From a bacterium (GTDB taxonomy: Bacteria > Patescibacteriota > Minisyncoccia > Phycocordibacterales > JAKAEA01), in contig JAKAEA010000001.1 of assembly GCA_021818465.1 (NCBI GenBank), positions 105,972-169,971 on the forward strand: a stretch of DNA of 64,000 nt. The letters are read 5' to 3'. Made by a program: the position numbers and the translations under genes. Shown here piece after piece: positions 27,828 through 36,680 of the stretch; within the stretch, counting starts at the first letter, position 1; each line of letters begins with the position of its first letter. The notes beneath the pieces are model-generated. The model worked only from the letters and a program-made list of their open reading frames with translations, ran no database searches and was not told where the DNA came from.

Positions 27828-29582
27828 ATGCACACTGAAGAAACCCAATTGGCAAATTTTATTGTCGACTCCGGATTGCTTTCTCGGAGTGATATTGATA
27901 CTGCTTTGGAGAAGGCAAATAAAACTCACGTGTCGCTTGGTTCTTTACTTATTAAAACTGGGAAAATTACAGATGATGAAATTCGCAAGGCTCAAGCTCA
28001 TGTGCTCGGTATTCCCTTTGTGGATTTAAAAAATAAAAAACTGGACATAGCTGTGCTGTCACTTATCCCTGAACCAATTGCGCGCAATCACAACATTGTC
28101 GCTTTTAAAAAAGAAAATGATTCTCTAGAGGTTGCCATGCTTGATACGGAAGATTTATCAGCCATTGATTTTATTAAGAAAAAAACAGGCTTGCGAATTT
28201 TACCCCGTCTTACCGATAACGAATCTATTAAAGCAGCACTGGTTCAATATCAAAAAAGTCTTAAAGCAGAGTTTGGTGACATTATTCAAAAAGAAGTTGG
28301 CTCTATAAAGGCTCTCGCTGAGCAAGTTGATGGCGATGCAAGCAGTGAAGCGGATCTTAAAAAGCTCGCTGAAGATTTACCTGTCGTTCGTGTTGTTGAC
28401 ACTTTACTCAAGCACGCTATCATTCAAGATGCATCCGACATTCATATTGAACCAATGGAAGAAGAGGTACTTGTGCGCTATCGCATTGACGGTATTTTGC
28501 ATGACGCTATGGTATTACCTAAAAACGCTGGCCCATCGATAACTGCGCGCATCAAGGTCCTCTCTAATTTAAAACTCGATGAAAAACGTTTACCGCAAGA
28601 CGGGCGTTTTAAGGTGGAAATGAATGGTGAAAAAGTGTCATTCCGTGTGTCGTTATTGCCCACATACTACGGTGAAAAAACAGTAATGCGTCTTTTGCGA
28701 GAAAATGTTAAAGGTTTTACTTTAGAAGTACTCGGTTTCCATGGACGAAATCTCGAACTTATTCATGAGGCCACACGTTTAACCACCGGTATGATATTAA
28801 CAACTGGACCGACTGGTTCTGGTAAAACAACGACACTCTACACAGTTCTGGATATCCTCAATACTCCTGACGTCAATATTTCTACTATTGAAGATCCAAT
28901 TGAATACCAAATGCGTCGGATCAATCAAACCCAAGTGAAACCAGAAATAGGTTTTTCGTTTGGTAGTGGGCTTCGTTCATTGGTGCGTCAAGATCCGGAT
29001 ATTATTATGGTTGGCGAAATTCGTGACAATGAAACAGCCTCGTTAGCAGTAAATGCCGCTCTCACTGGTCACTTGGTGCTTTCAACACTGCACACTAATT
29101 CCGCCGCCGGCGCGATACCTCGTCTTGTGGATATGAAGGTCGAGCCGTTTCTTATTGTTTCCACAGTTAATATTGTGATTGGGCAACGACTCATTCGTCG
29201 ATTAACTAAAGAAAAAGAAGAATATTTTCTTTCAGATGCTGAACTGAGTCAATTAGAAAAAGTCATTGATCTTGAACGATTACTCCGTATTCTCAAAGAG
29301 GAAAAAGTCGTAGGAAAAGAAACTGATTGGAAAAAAATTCCCTTTTATAAGGCAAAACCGTCTCAAGAATCAGAAGATGGTTTCAAAGGACGTGTTGGTA
29401 TTCATGAAGTGCTCAAAGTGACACCGACAATTCGAGAGTTGGTAATGAAGGAAAGCAACTCGTCTGATATCGAAGCTCAGGCGAAAAAGGAGGGGATGAT
29501 AACAATGGTTGAAGACGGTCTTTTTAAAGCTGTGTCTGGTTTGACAACTATTGAGGAAGTTTTGCGAGTAATTTCTGAATAA
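27828..29582 (+). CDS. pilB: Type IV pilus assembly ATPase PilB (GspE family)
   Basis: 584 aa. Walker A GPTGSGKTTTLY, Asp box, His box, N-terminal GspII_E-like domain. Confidence 0.9.
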   Translation: MHTEETQLANFIVDSGLLSRSDIDTALEKANKTHVSLGSLLIKTGKITDDEIRKAQAHVLGIPFVDLKNKKLDIAVLSLIPEPIARNHNIVAFKKENDSLEVAMLDTEDLSAIDFIKKKTGLRILPRLTDNESIKAALVQYQKSLKAEFGDIIQKEVGSIKALAEQVDGDASSEADLKKLAEDLPVVRVVDTLLKHAIIQDASDIHIEPMEEEVLVRYRIDGILHDAMVLPKNAGPSITARIKVLSNLKLDEKRLPQDGRFKVEMNGEKVSFRVSLLPTYYGEKTVMRLLRENVKGFTLEVLGFHGRNLELIHEATRLTTGMILTTGPTGSGKTTTLYTVLDILNTPDVNISTIEDPIEYQMRRINQTQVKPEIGFSFGSGLRSLVRQDPDIIMVGEIRDNETASLAVNAALTGHLVLSTLHTNSAAGAIPRLVDMKVEPFLIVSTVNIVIGQRLIRRLTKEKEEYFLSDAELSQLEKVIDLERLLRILKEEKVVGKETDWKKIPFYKAKPSQESEDGFKGRVGIHEVLKVTPTIRELVMKESNSSDIEAQAKKEGMITMVEDGLFKAVSGLTTIEEVLRVISE

Positions 29583-29590
29583 TAATTCAA

Positions 29591-30814
29591 ATGGCCACAT
29601 TTCAAGTTCGCACTATTGATAATGAGGGAATTTCGCACGATGAAGTAAGGGAAGTAGATGATCGTGCCGCACTGTACGCTAGTTTGAAAGCGAAAGGTTC
29701 AACGCTGGTTTCACTCACAGAAATTAACTCAAAAAAGGGGAAATCGATTCTCGCAATGGACATTCCCTTTTTAAGTAAAGTAAAACTTCACGATAAAATT
29801 ATTTTTAGCCGCAATTTGGCGGCCATGCTCGATGCTGGTTTGCCCCTCTCGCGAGCGTTGACGGTTATTGAAAAACAAACAACTCAAAAAAAATTTAAAG
29901 ATCTTATTGCTGCGCTTAATACCAGTATTCGCGGCGGTACTACCTTAAGTGCCGCAATGAAAGAGCACAGTGATACGTTCTCTAATATCATGGTTTCAAT
30001 GGTAAAAGCTGGAGAAGAGTCGGGATCACTCTCACAATCGCTGCGGATTGTGGCAAATCAAATGGAAAGTTCTTATACATTGATTCGTAAAATTCGAGGT
30101 GCGCTCATGTATCCAACCATTGTTCTTTTAGCGATGGTAGCCATTGGGTTTTTTATGTTAACGAATGTGGTTCCAACATTGGCCGCAACGTTTCAAAGTT
30201 TCAATGCCCAATTACCGTTACAAACACAAGTCATTATTGATGTGAGTAATTTTTTGAAAACATATATTGTGTATGTACTTATTGCGATTGTTGTGGCGAT
30301 AGTTGCTGTATACCTTTTTACTCGAACCGCTCGGGGTAAGCGCACGACAAGTTTTATATATTTGCACCTACCTATCGTGGGAGAAATTTTAAAGGAAGTA
30401 AATTCGGCACGCACAGCGCGAACGCTTTCTTCACTTCTCTCGTCGGGCGTTGATTTCTTGGTGGCGGTGCGCATTACCACTGATGTTTTGCAAAATCCTT
30501 ATTATAAAGAGGTCATTGCTTTGGTGGAGAAAAAAGTAGAGAAAGGTGAGCCTATTGCTGAAATTTTTAATGAAAAATTAAAACTATATCCACCGTTTGT
30601 TGGTGAAATGGTTTCAGTTGGCGAAGAAACGGGTCAATTGCCGCAAATGCTCCTTGGCGTAGCAACGTTTTATGAAAACGATGTCGATCAAAAAACTAAA
30701 GATCTTTCATCTATTGTTGAACCAGTACTTATGATTGTTATTGGTGCAGCCGTTGGATTTTTTGCTATTTCCATCATTAGTCCAATTTATTCTTTAAGCA
30801 GTGTTATTTCATAA
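29591..30814 (+). CDS. pilC: Type IV pilus platform protein PilC (GspF family)
   Basis: 407 aa. Two GspF repeats and 3 TM helices. Confidence 0.9.
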   Translation: MATFQVRTIDNEGISHDEVREVDDRAALYASLKAKGSTLVSLTEINSKKGKSILAMDIPFLSKVKLHDKIIFSRNLAAMLDAGLPLSRALTVIEKQTTQKKFKDLIAALNTSIRGGTTLSAAMKEHSDTFSNIMVSMVKAGEESGSLSQSLRIVANQMESSYTLIRKIRGALMYPTIVLLAMVAIGFFMLTNVVPTLAATFQSFNAQLPLQTQVIIDVSNFLKTYIVYVLIAIVVAIVAVYLFTRTARGKRTTSFIYLHLPIVGEILKEVNSARTARTLSSLLSSGVDFLVAVRITTDVLQNPYYKEVIALVEKKVEKGEPIAEIFNEKLKLYPPFVGEMVSVGEETGQLPQMLLGVATFYENDVDQKTKDLSSIVEPVLMIVIGAAVGFFAISIISPIYSLSSVIS

Positions 30815-31277
30815 TATTCAAAAAAATAAGGGTTTTACACTCTTAGAACTCATAGTGGTTATTGCTATACTGGTTATTCTCTCGGGAGTCATTATTGGTG
30901 CGTTTGTTATTTTTAATACTACCGAAGGTGTCAACAAAGATACAGAATTAGTATTGGAGACATTGCGTCTTGCTCGTAACCAAACGCTCGCTTCTAAAAA
31001 TGAAATGCAATATGGTGTGCATTTTTCTGCGACAAACATCACACTTTTTAGCGGCGCTACCTACAATCCTTCAACGAGTGGCAATGAAATTTTTGCACTT
31101 CATGCTGGAGATTCTCTTTCAGTAAACCTTAATTCTGGTGGTGACGATGTTGTTTTTGATCGCTTGACCGGCGCGACGAGTGAGTCGGGAACTATTACTA
31201 TTACGTCATCAAATTCGGCAACATCTAAAAATGTTACAATATATTCTACGGGCTTAATTCAAGGTCCATCTCTATGA
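30801..31277 (+). CDS. Type IV pilin / pseudopilin (prepilin N-terminal methylation domain)
   Basis: MLFHNIQKNKGFTLLELIVVIAILVIL carries the canonical G|FTLxE cleavage/methylation motif. 158 aa. Overlaps the pilC stop. Confidence 0.8.
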   Translation: MLFHNIQKNKGFTLLELIVVIAILVILSGVIIGAFVIFNTTEGVNKDTELVLETLRLARNQTLASKNEMQYGVHFSATNITLFSGATYNPSTSGNEIFALHAGDSLSVNLNSGGDDVVFDRLTGATSESGTITITSSNSATSKNVTIYSTGLIQGPSL

Positions 31278-31762
31278 AAAAAGTTTCGCGAGGCATGGGT
31301 TCATTAGAAATTCTTATTGGTGCGGCTATTATTGTTATAGGTATTTTGGCGCTCATTATCGCCTTTAATAGCTTTTTCTCTTTTGCTTTAGCAAATGATA
31401 GGAACGTTCAGGCCGCGTATCTTAGTGAAGAAGGTTTAGAGGCCATGACGTTTTTGCGCGATGGTAGTTATGCAGGAAATATCGCCCCACTTTCTACTTC
31501 AGCTACATATTATTTGTCTTGGAATAGCGCTGTAGGAAGTTGGGAAACAACAACGACACCACAATACGTGGATGGTGTTTTTTTGCGAACGATTACTCTT
31601 GCTTCAGTGTATCGAAATTCTGCTGGTCACATCACCTCTTCAGACGATGGCGTGATTGATCCGAACACTCGTCTAGTAACTGTAACCCTACAATATTTTC
31701 AAGGACATGGCACCACAACACAAAGCATGTCAACATATTTGACTAATTTTTATGCCAATTAA
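31274..31762 (+). CDS. Minor pseudopilin-like protein
   Basis: N-terminus SRG|MGSLEILIGAAIIVIGILAL has Glu at +5 after Gly and a hydrophobic helix. 162 aa. Confidence 0.55.
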   Translation: MKKVSRGMGSLEILIGAAIIVIGILALIIAFNSFFSFALANDRNVQAAYLSEEGLEAMTFLRDGSYAGNIAPLSTSATYYLSWNSAVGSWETTTTPQYVDGVFLRTITLASVYRNSAGHITSSDDGVIDPNTRLVTVTLQYFQGHGTTTQSMSTYLTNFYAN

Positions 31763-32318
31763 ACGTATTTTGCAAAAAATTTTTTGTCAGTCTCACACGT
31801 TTTCCTCGGCATTTTCTTTGATTGAAATGCTGGTATACATCAGTATATTGGCTGTTATTTTTATACTGGTGGTTAGCACAACACTCTCGTTTACTAGTTC
31901 GTATCGAATGCTCGCAGCCTTGCGTGCTGCCGATCATGCTGGCATAGACGCTCTTGAACCAATGACTCGAGCGATTCGTGCAGCTGGCAGTGTACTGACA
32001 ACACAAAGTGTTTTAGGAAGCAACCCTGGTACTCTGGCTCTGTACGAAGCGCATAATGGCGATTCTACAACAACGCAATTTAATCTCCAGAATGGAGTAG
32101 TGGAAATGGCGGTAACAGTTAATGGAGTAGCAGACGCAGCACTCAGTGGGCCACTCACTTCCACCAGCGCCACAGTGACCAGTTTAGTTTTTAATGTTCT
32201 TTCAACCAGCACAGCAAGTGCTGTAAAAATAGATATGACTGCTGTAGGCATAAGCGGTGCTGTCAGTGAATCAAAAAATTTCCACGATACGATAGTTTTG
32301 CGTGGTTCAACAAGTTAA
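31752..32318 (+). CDS. Minor pseudopilin-like protein (degenerate prepilin motif)
   Basis: SSAFSLIEMLVYISILAVIFILVV is pilin-like with a Glu but no canonical Gly. 188 aa. Confidence 0.45.
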   Translation: MPIKRILQKIFCQSHTFSSAFSLIEMLVYISILAVIFILVVSTTLSFTSSYRMLAALRAADHAGIDALEPMTRAIRAAGSVLTTQSVLGSNPGTLALYEAHNGDSTTTQFNLQNGVVEMAVTVNGVADAALSGPLTSTSATVTSLVFNVLSTSTASAVKIDMTAVGISGAVSESKNFHDTIVLRGSTS

Positions 32319-32321
32319 ATT

Positions 32322-34292
32322 ATGACGTCGTTTATTTTTAAAAACTCTCAGGCCGGCCAAGCTATCATGATAGCGGTTATTTTTTTTCTAGCTATTAGTT
32401 TAACAGTTGTACTTGGTATCGCTACGCCTATTTTGCAATCAGTCAAAATTGGCAACGATCTCATTCGCTCAAAAGCGAGTTATTTCTTGGCAGAAGGAGC
32501 GTTGGAAGATGCTATCTATCGTATAAAAAATGGTGGTACCGTTAATAATGGTGACACTATTACCGTCGATGGCTATACAACAACAATTTCGGTTGTTTCT
32601 GGAGCCAATAATCAACAAACTATTGAAACGAGTGCTGACTACAACAATATCTATCGCAATATGCAAGCCTCTGTTTCTACTGGTTCGGGTGCGTCGTTTA
32701 GTTATGGTCTTCAGGCTGGCGCTGGCGGTTTTTATATCAGTGGCGGCTCTACTGTTAATGGTAGTGTGTATTCTGATGGCCCAATTCTTGGTAGTAGTGG
32801 CACTATTACAGGTACGGCAATTTCTGCTGACAGCGCTTCACTTACTGCAGATCAGACTAATAATTCTCCGACACCTATTACTACATGTACAAGTCCCACG
32901 TGTATTTCTTTTGGAAATTCTTCTGCAACGCAAAATCTAGCTCAAAGTTTTCAGGTTTCTACTGATGGGCCGCTCCATGATATTCAGTTTTATTTACAGA
33001 AAGTGGGGAAGCCCTCAAATATCACTGTTAAACTTGTTGCTGACAACAATGGTTCTCCAAATTCAAAAGATTTACTTTCTACCGATGGCAGTATTGCCGC
33101 GTCGGCTGTTTCTGGTTCGGGTCTTGATTGGGTAGATGTGTCTTTTCCTTCAAACACAACACTCTATACCGGTGAAACCTACTGGGTGATTCTTTATTTG
33201 AGTAAAAATTCAAGCAGTAACTACTATATAAGTGGTGCTAATAGTTCATATGCGAATGGTGTTGCTAAGGTTGGAAAGTTTGGCAGCAGTTGGTATAGCA
33301 CGTCACCAGCTGGACTAGATGCATATTTTGAATTGTATTTAGGAGGTGTATACGGAACGGTCTGTGGCAGCAATTCAGTAACAAGTTGCCAGAGTTCATA
33401 TGCTGGAGAACTCACTGTTGGTTCGGGAAGTACTGGTACAGCCTGGGCGCACCAGGTAAGTGGAACAAACGTCGCGGGTACAATGTATTGCCAAGTTGGT
33501 GGCACGGGTAGTCCTTATTACGATAATAAAATATGTGACACGAGCCAGCCTGATCCGCCAGCAATCGCAATGCCGGTGTCTGATGGCAATATTCAAGATT
33601 GGGAGAATCAAGTGACTAACAGCATCAACGGCGGATGGACCCTTCAAGGCGATTTATCACCCAATTGGCAAGGCACGACGACATCAACTTTAACGCACAT
33701 CACGGGTAATTTTAGTAGTGGTAGTGGCAATGACACATTTACCAGTGGTTTAGAAGTTGATGGCAATATGACCATCAGTAATGGTAGTACGGTCACAGCA
33801 GGCCCACTGTTAGTAAAAGGAAACTTAACTGTTGGATCGACAGGTCTTGTGTTGACGGGAACACTGTGGGTTCAAGGATCAATAACAGTTTCAAGCGGTG
33901 CTCATATAAATCTTGCATCATCGTATGGTTCTAATAGCGGCATCATCATTTCTAATGGTCCAATGAATCTTGCTGGTGGTGGATCTCTTGCTGGTTCTGG
34001 CCAATCGGGAAGTTACTTGCTGTTAGTAACTACGAGTGATTGTCCCATATCAGCAAGCTGTAATGGTGCCGCAGCCATTTCTATAAGCGGCGGTGCCGGA
34101 GCGGTCATTCTGTATGCGCCCCACGGTACTTTGAGTATGTCCGGCGGTACCCACGTTAACGCAATGGCGGCTGATTATATTTCTATAACTGGTGGCTCGG
34201 TGATTAATTATGATAGTGGTCTTGCTAATATAAATTTTAGTAGCGGTCCAACTGGTGGCTGGAATGTGTCTGGTTGGGGTGAAGTGCCGTAG
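32322..34292 (+). CDS. Large PilX-N-like minor pilin / putative pilus-tip protein (656 aa, Gly/Ser/Thr-rich)
   Basis: N-terminal hydrophobic helix followed by KASYFLAEGALEDAIYRI, which resembles the PilX_N A..AEAAL motif. A ~580-aa G/S/T-rich C-terminal region with predicted beta repeats follows. Confidence 0.5.
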   Translation: MTSFIFKNSQAGQAIMIAVIFFLAISLTVVLGIATPILQSVKIGNDLIRSKASYFLAEGALEDAIYRIKNGGTVNNGDTITVDGYTTTISVVSGANNQQTIETSADYNNIYRNMQASVSTGSGASFSYGLQAGAGGFYISGGSTVNGSVYSDGPILGSSGTITGTAISADSASLTADQTNNSPTPITTCTSPTCISFGNSSATQNLAQSFQVSTDGPLHDIQFYLQKVGKPSNITVKLVADNNGSPNSKDLLSTDGSIAASAVSGSGLDWVDVSFPSNTTLYTGETYWVILYLSKNSSSNYYISGANSSYANGVAKVGKFGSSWYSTSPAGLDAYFELYLGGVYGTVCGSNSVTSCQSSYAGELTVGSGSTGTAWAHQVSGTNVAGTMYCQVGGTGSPYYDNKICDTSQPDPPAIAMPVSDGNIQDWENQVTNSINGGWTLQGDLSPNWQGTTTSTLTHITGNFSSGSGNDTFTSGLEVDGNMTISNGSTVTAGPLLVKGNLTVGSTGLVLTGTLWVQGSITVSSGAHINLASSYGSNSGIIISNGPMNLAGGGSLAGSGQSGSYLLLVTTSDCPISASCNGAAAISISGGAGAVILYAPHGTLSMSGGTHVNAMAADYISITGGSVINYDSGLANINFSSGPTGGWNVSGWGEVP

Positions 34293-34319
34293 TAAAAAAT
34301 TCTATGGTAGACTGGGGCA

Positions 34320-35138
34320 ATGACACAAAAGAAAAAATTTATTATTGGTAACTGGAAAATGAATCCAGCAACAACGAGTCTCGCTACGGATATCTTTAAA
34401 AAAATACAAAAAGATACTGCCCATCTCACCAAAACACAAACTATTATTTGCCCCCCATATATATATTTAGAATCACTTGCTCGATTACAAGGTCTATCAA
34501 AAGCCGCTAAGAAAACAAAAAAAAAGAAAAAAGAAAGTTCGCACACACTAGCCCCAGTTTTACTTGGTGCGCAAAATCTTAATTCTGAACCGATGGGGGC
34601 GCGTACCGGTGAAATTTCTGGAGAATTGCTCAAACAATTTGGCGTTACGCACGTGATTATTGGCCATTCGGAACGTCGAGATCTTGGCGAAACAGACGCC
34701 ATTATTAATACTAAGATTTTGGCAGCACTTAATTGGAAATTTAAAGTCATTTTGTGTGTTGGCGAGAAAGTGCGTGACGATGATGGGCACTATTTAGCCT
34801 TTATAAAAAATCAACTTGAGCAAGCACTCGCTGGTGTCAAAAAAGAAAATCTCAAATCTCTCATTGTTGCCTATGAACCAGTGTGGGCTATTGGAGCTAC
34901 TGAAGCGATACCTCCATCGTCTATTCATGGCATGACGATATTTATTCGTAAGACGCTTTTTGATATCTATAAAACTCGAACACTTACTACGCCTATTCTC
35001 TACGGTGGTTCGGTTGATTCAAAAAACGCTGGGGAAATTTTACAACAAGGAAGTGCCGACGGACTCTTGATTGGTCGACAGAGTCTTGATCCAAACGCAT
35101 TTACTGCCATTGCTGTTACTGCTAATACTCTTTCCTAA
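34320..35138 (+). CDS. tpiA: Triosephosphate isomerase (with a ~25-aa Lys-rich insertion)
   Basis: IIGNWKMN, IIGHSERR, AYEPVWAIGAT and GGSV motifs. Insertion ...LSKAAKKTKKKKKESSHT... encoded by a poly-A tract at about 34510-34540. Confidence 0.9.
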   Translation: MTQKKKFIIGNWKMNPATTSLATDIFKKIQKDTAHLTKTQTIICPPYIYLESLARLQGLSKAAKKTKKKKKESSHTLAPVLLGAQNLNSEPMGARTGEISGELLKQFGVTHVIIGHSERRDLGETDAIINTKILAALNWKFKVILCVGEKVRDDDGHYLAFIKNQLEQALAGVKKENLKSLIVAYEPVWAIGATEAIPPSSIHGMTIFIRKTLFDIYKTRTLTTPILYGGSVDSKNAGEILQQGSADGLLIGRQSLDPNAFTAIAVTANTLS

Positions 35139-35139
35139 T

Positions 35140-36297
35140 ATGATAACCGATATCAACACGCTCTCTCATATGCCAGACGTGCAAGGGTTGCCCGTTCTCG
35201 TTCGTCTTGATTTCAATGTGCCCATTGCGAATGGACATGTCGTAAACGATTATCGTATTAAAAAATCATTACCAACGATTGATCTATTGCGTCAACGTAA
35301 TGCAAAAATTATTATTGTAAGCCATATTGAAGGGGCAAGTGATACGCTACGGCCAGTTTTTGAGTATCTGAAACGATTAGTACCTATTTCATTTTGTACC
35401 GACATATTGGCTGATGGGCCAACAGGTGGTGCTGCAATGATTAAAAAAATGGCGCCAGGCGACGTGTTGTTGTGTGAAAATATCCGTCAATATCCTGGCG
35501 AAAAAAAGAATGATCCACTGTTTGTACAAAAACTCGCTGCTCTTGGTGGAGCATATGTCAACGATGCGTTCTCAGTAGCGCATCGTGCGCATGCATCAGT
35601 AGTCGGCTTGGCAACAGTGTTGCCAGGATTTATTGGTTTGCAATTTGAGAAAGAGATAGCGGCGCTCTCGTTGTGTTTTTCACCGGCGCATCCTTTTTTA
35701 TTTATTCTGGCGGGTGCAAAGTTTGAAACAAAGTTACCGTTAGTACAAAAGTTTTTAACAATTGCCGATACAATTTTTATTGGTGGTGCTCTGGCGAATG
35801 ATCTATATACGGCACGTGGTTTGGCAGTAGGGAAATCATTGGTGTCAGATATGGGTGAAGACGATTCACTCAAACTACTTGCTGATAATCCCCGAATTAT
35901 GACGCCAACTGATGTCGTCGTATCTTCAGATCAGGGAACACGCACCAGTGATCCTAAAGAAATTGCCCCCAATGAATCAGTGACAGATGCGGGCCCAAAA
36001 ACTATTACTGAATTGCGTGCCGTGGCAGCCGGTGCACAACATATTCTTTGGAATGGTCCACTCGGTGCGTATGAACGAGGTTTTGTGGAGCCCACTAAAG
36101 AATTAGCGAAAATCGTGGCCGGTGCTACGAGTCGCGGCGCAACCACGATTATCGGCGGCGGCGACACACTTGCTGCTGCTGGTAATGCTGGTGCGGAATC
36201 TCTTTTTACATTTGTTTCTACCGGTGGCGGCGCAATGCTCGATTTTCTTGCTGCTGGAACACTACCGGGTTTAGAAGCGTTGAAGCGCCGCACGTAG
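35140..36297 (+). CDS. pgk: Phosphoglycerate kinase
   Basis: Start taken at ATG 35140, right after the tpiA stop (MITDINTLSHMPDVQGLPVLVRLDFNVP...). C-terminal GGGDTLAAA and GGGAMLDFL motifs. Confidence 0.9.
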   Translation: MITDINTLSHMPDVQGLPVLVRLDFNVPIANGHVVNDYRIKKSLPTIDLLRQRNAKIIIVSHIEGASDTLRPVFEYLKRLVPISFCTDILADGPTGGAAMIKKMAPGDVLLCENIRQYPGEKKNDPLFVQKLAALGGAYVNDAFSVAHRAHASVVGLATVLPGFIGLQFEKEIAALSLCFSPAHPFLFILAGAKFETKLPLVQKFLTIADTIFIGGALANDLYTARGLAVGKSLVSDMGEDDSLKLLADNPRIMTPTDVVVSSDQGTRTSDPKEIAPNESVTDAGPKTITELRAVAAGAQHILWNGPLGAYERGFVEPTKELAKIVAGATSRGATTIIGGGDTLAAAGNAGAESLFTFVSTGGGAMLDFLAAGTLPGLEALKRRT

Positions 36298-36660
36298 TTT
36301 TTCGGCATTGCCGGTAAAATCAGCAGGGTCGCTCACGTTTACGTGTGGGTTAGGAAAAATCCAAATATGAGCATGCGGCACTTCGTCACCCATAATTCTA
36401 CTGAACACAGCTTCTACACCAAATGCTTTTTGTTCTGCCCGAGCAATTTTTTGGGCGACTTCAAAATATGTTCCTGCGGCCGGAACATCCCATACCCAAC
36501 GATAATGTTTTTTGGGAATAATTTGTACGTGTCCAGCTGATTGTGGGTGGATGTCTAGAAATGCGAGATATGTTTCATCCTCATATATTTTATGAGCTGG
36601 TAGCTCGCCGCGAACAATTTTGCAAAATACGCAATCGTGTGTGTTTGTTTCATTAGTCAT
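36271..36660 (-). CDS. HIT-family (histidine triad) nucleotide hydrolase
   Basis: 129 aa. CVFCKI..., and the C-terminal HAHIWIF matches the HxHxHxx triad. Convergent 27-nt overlap with pgk. Confidence 0.85.
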   Translation of the reverse strand: MTNETNTHDCVFCKIVRGELPAHKIYEDETYLAFLDIHPQSAGHVQIIPKKHYRWVWDVPAAGTYFEVAQKIARAEQKAFGVEAVFSRIMGDEVPHAHIWIFPNPHVNVSDPADFTGNAEKLRAALQRF

Positions 36661-36680
36661 GATTCTATATTATACCAATC

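Noticed and set aside
35071-35139. pgk start at 35071 overlapping tpiA by 68 nt
   Set aside because: An in-frame ATG at 35140 directly follows the tpiA stop and gives the usual ~20-residue lead before RLDFNVP. The longer form is probably a caller extension.
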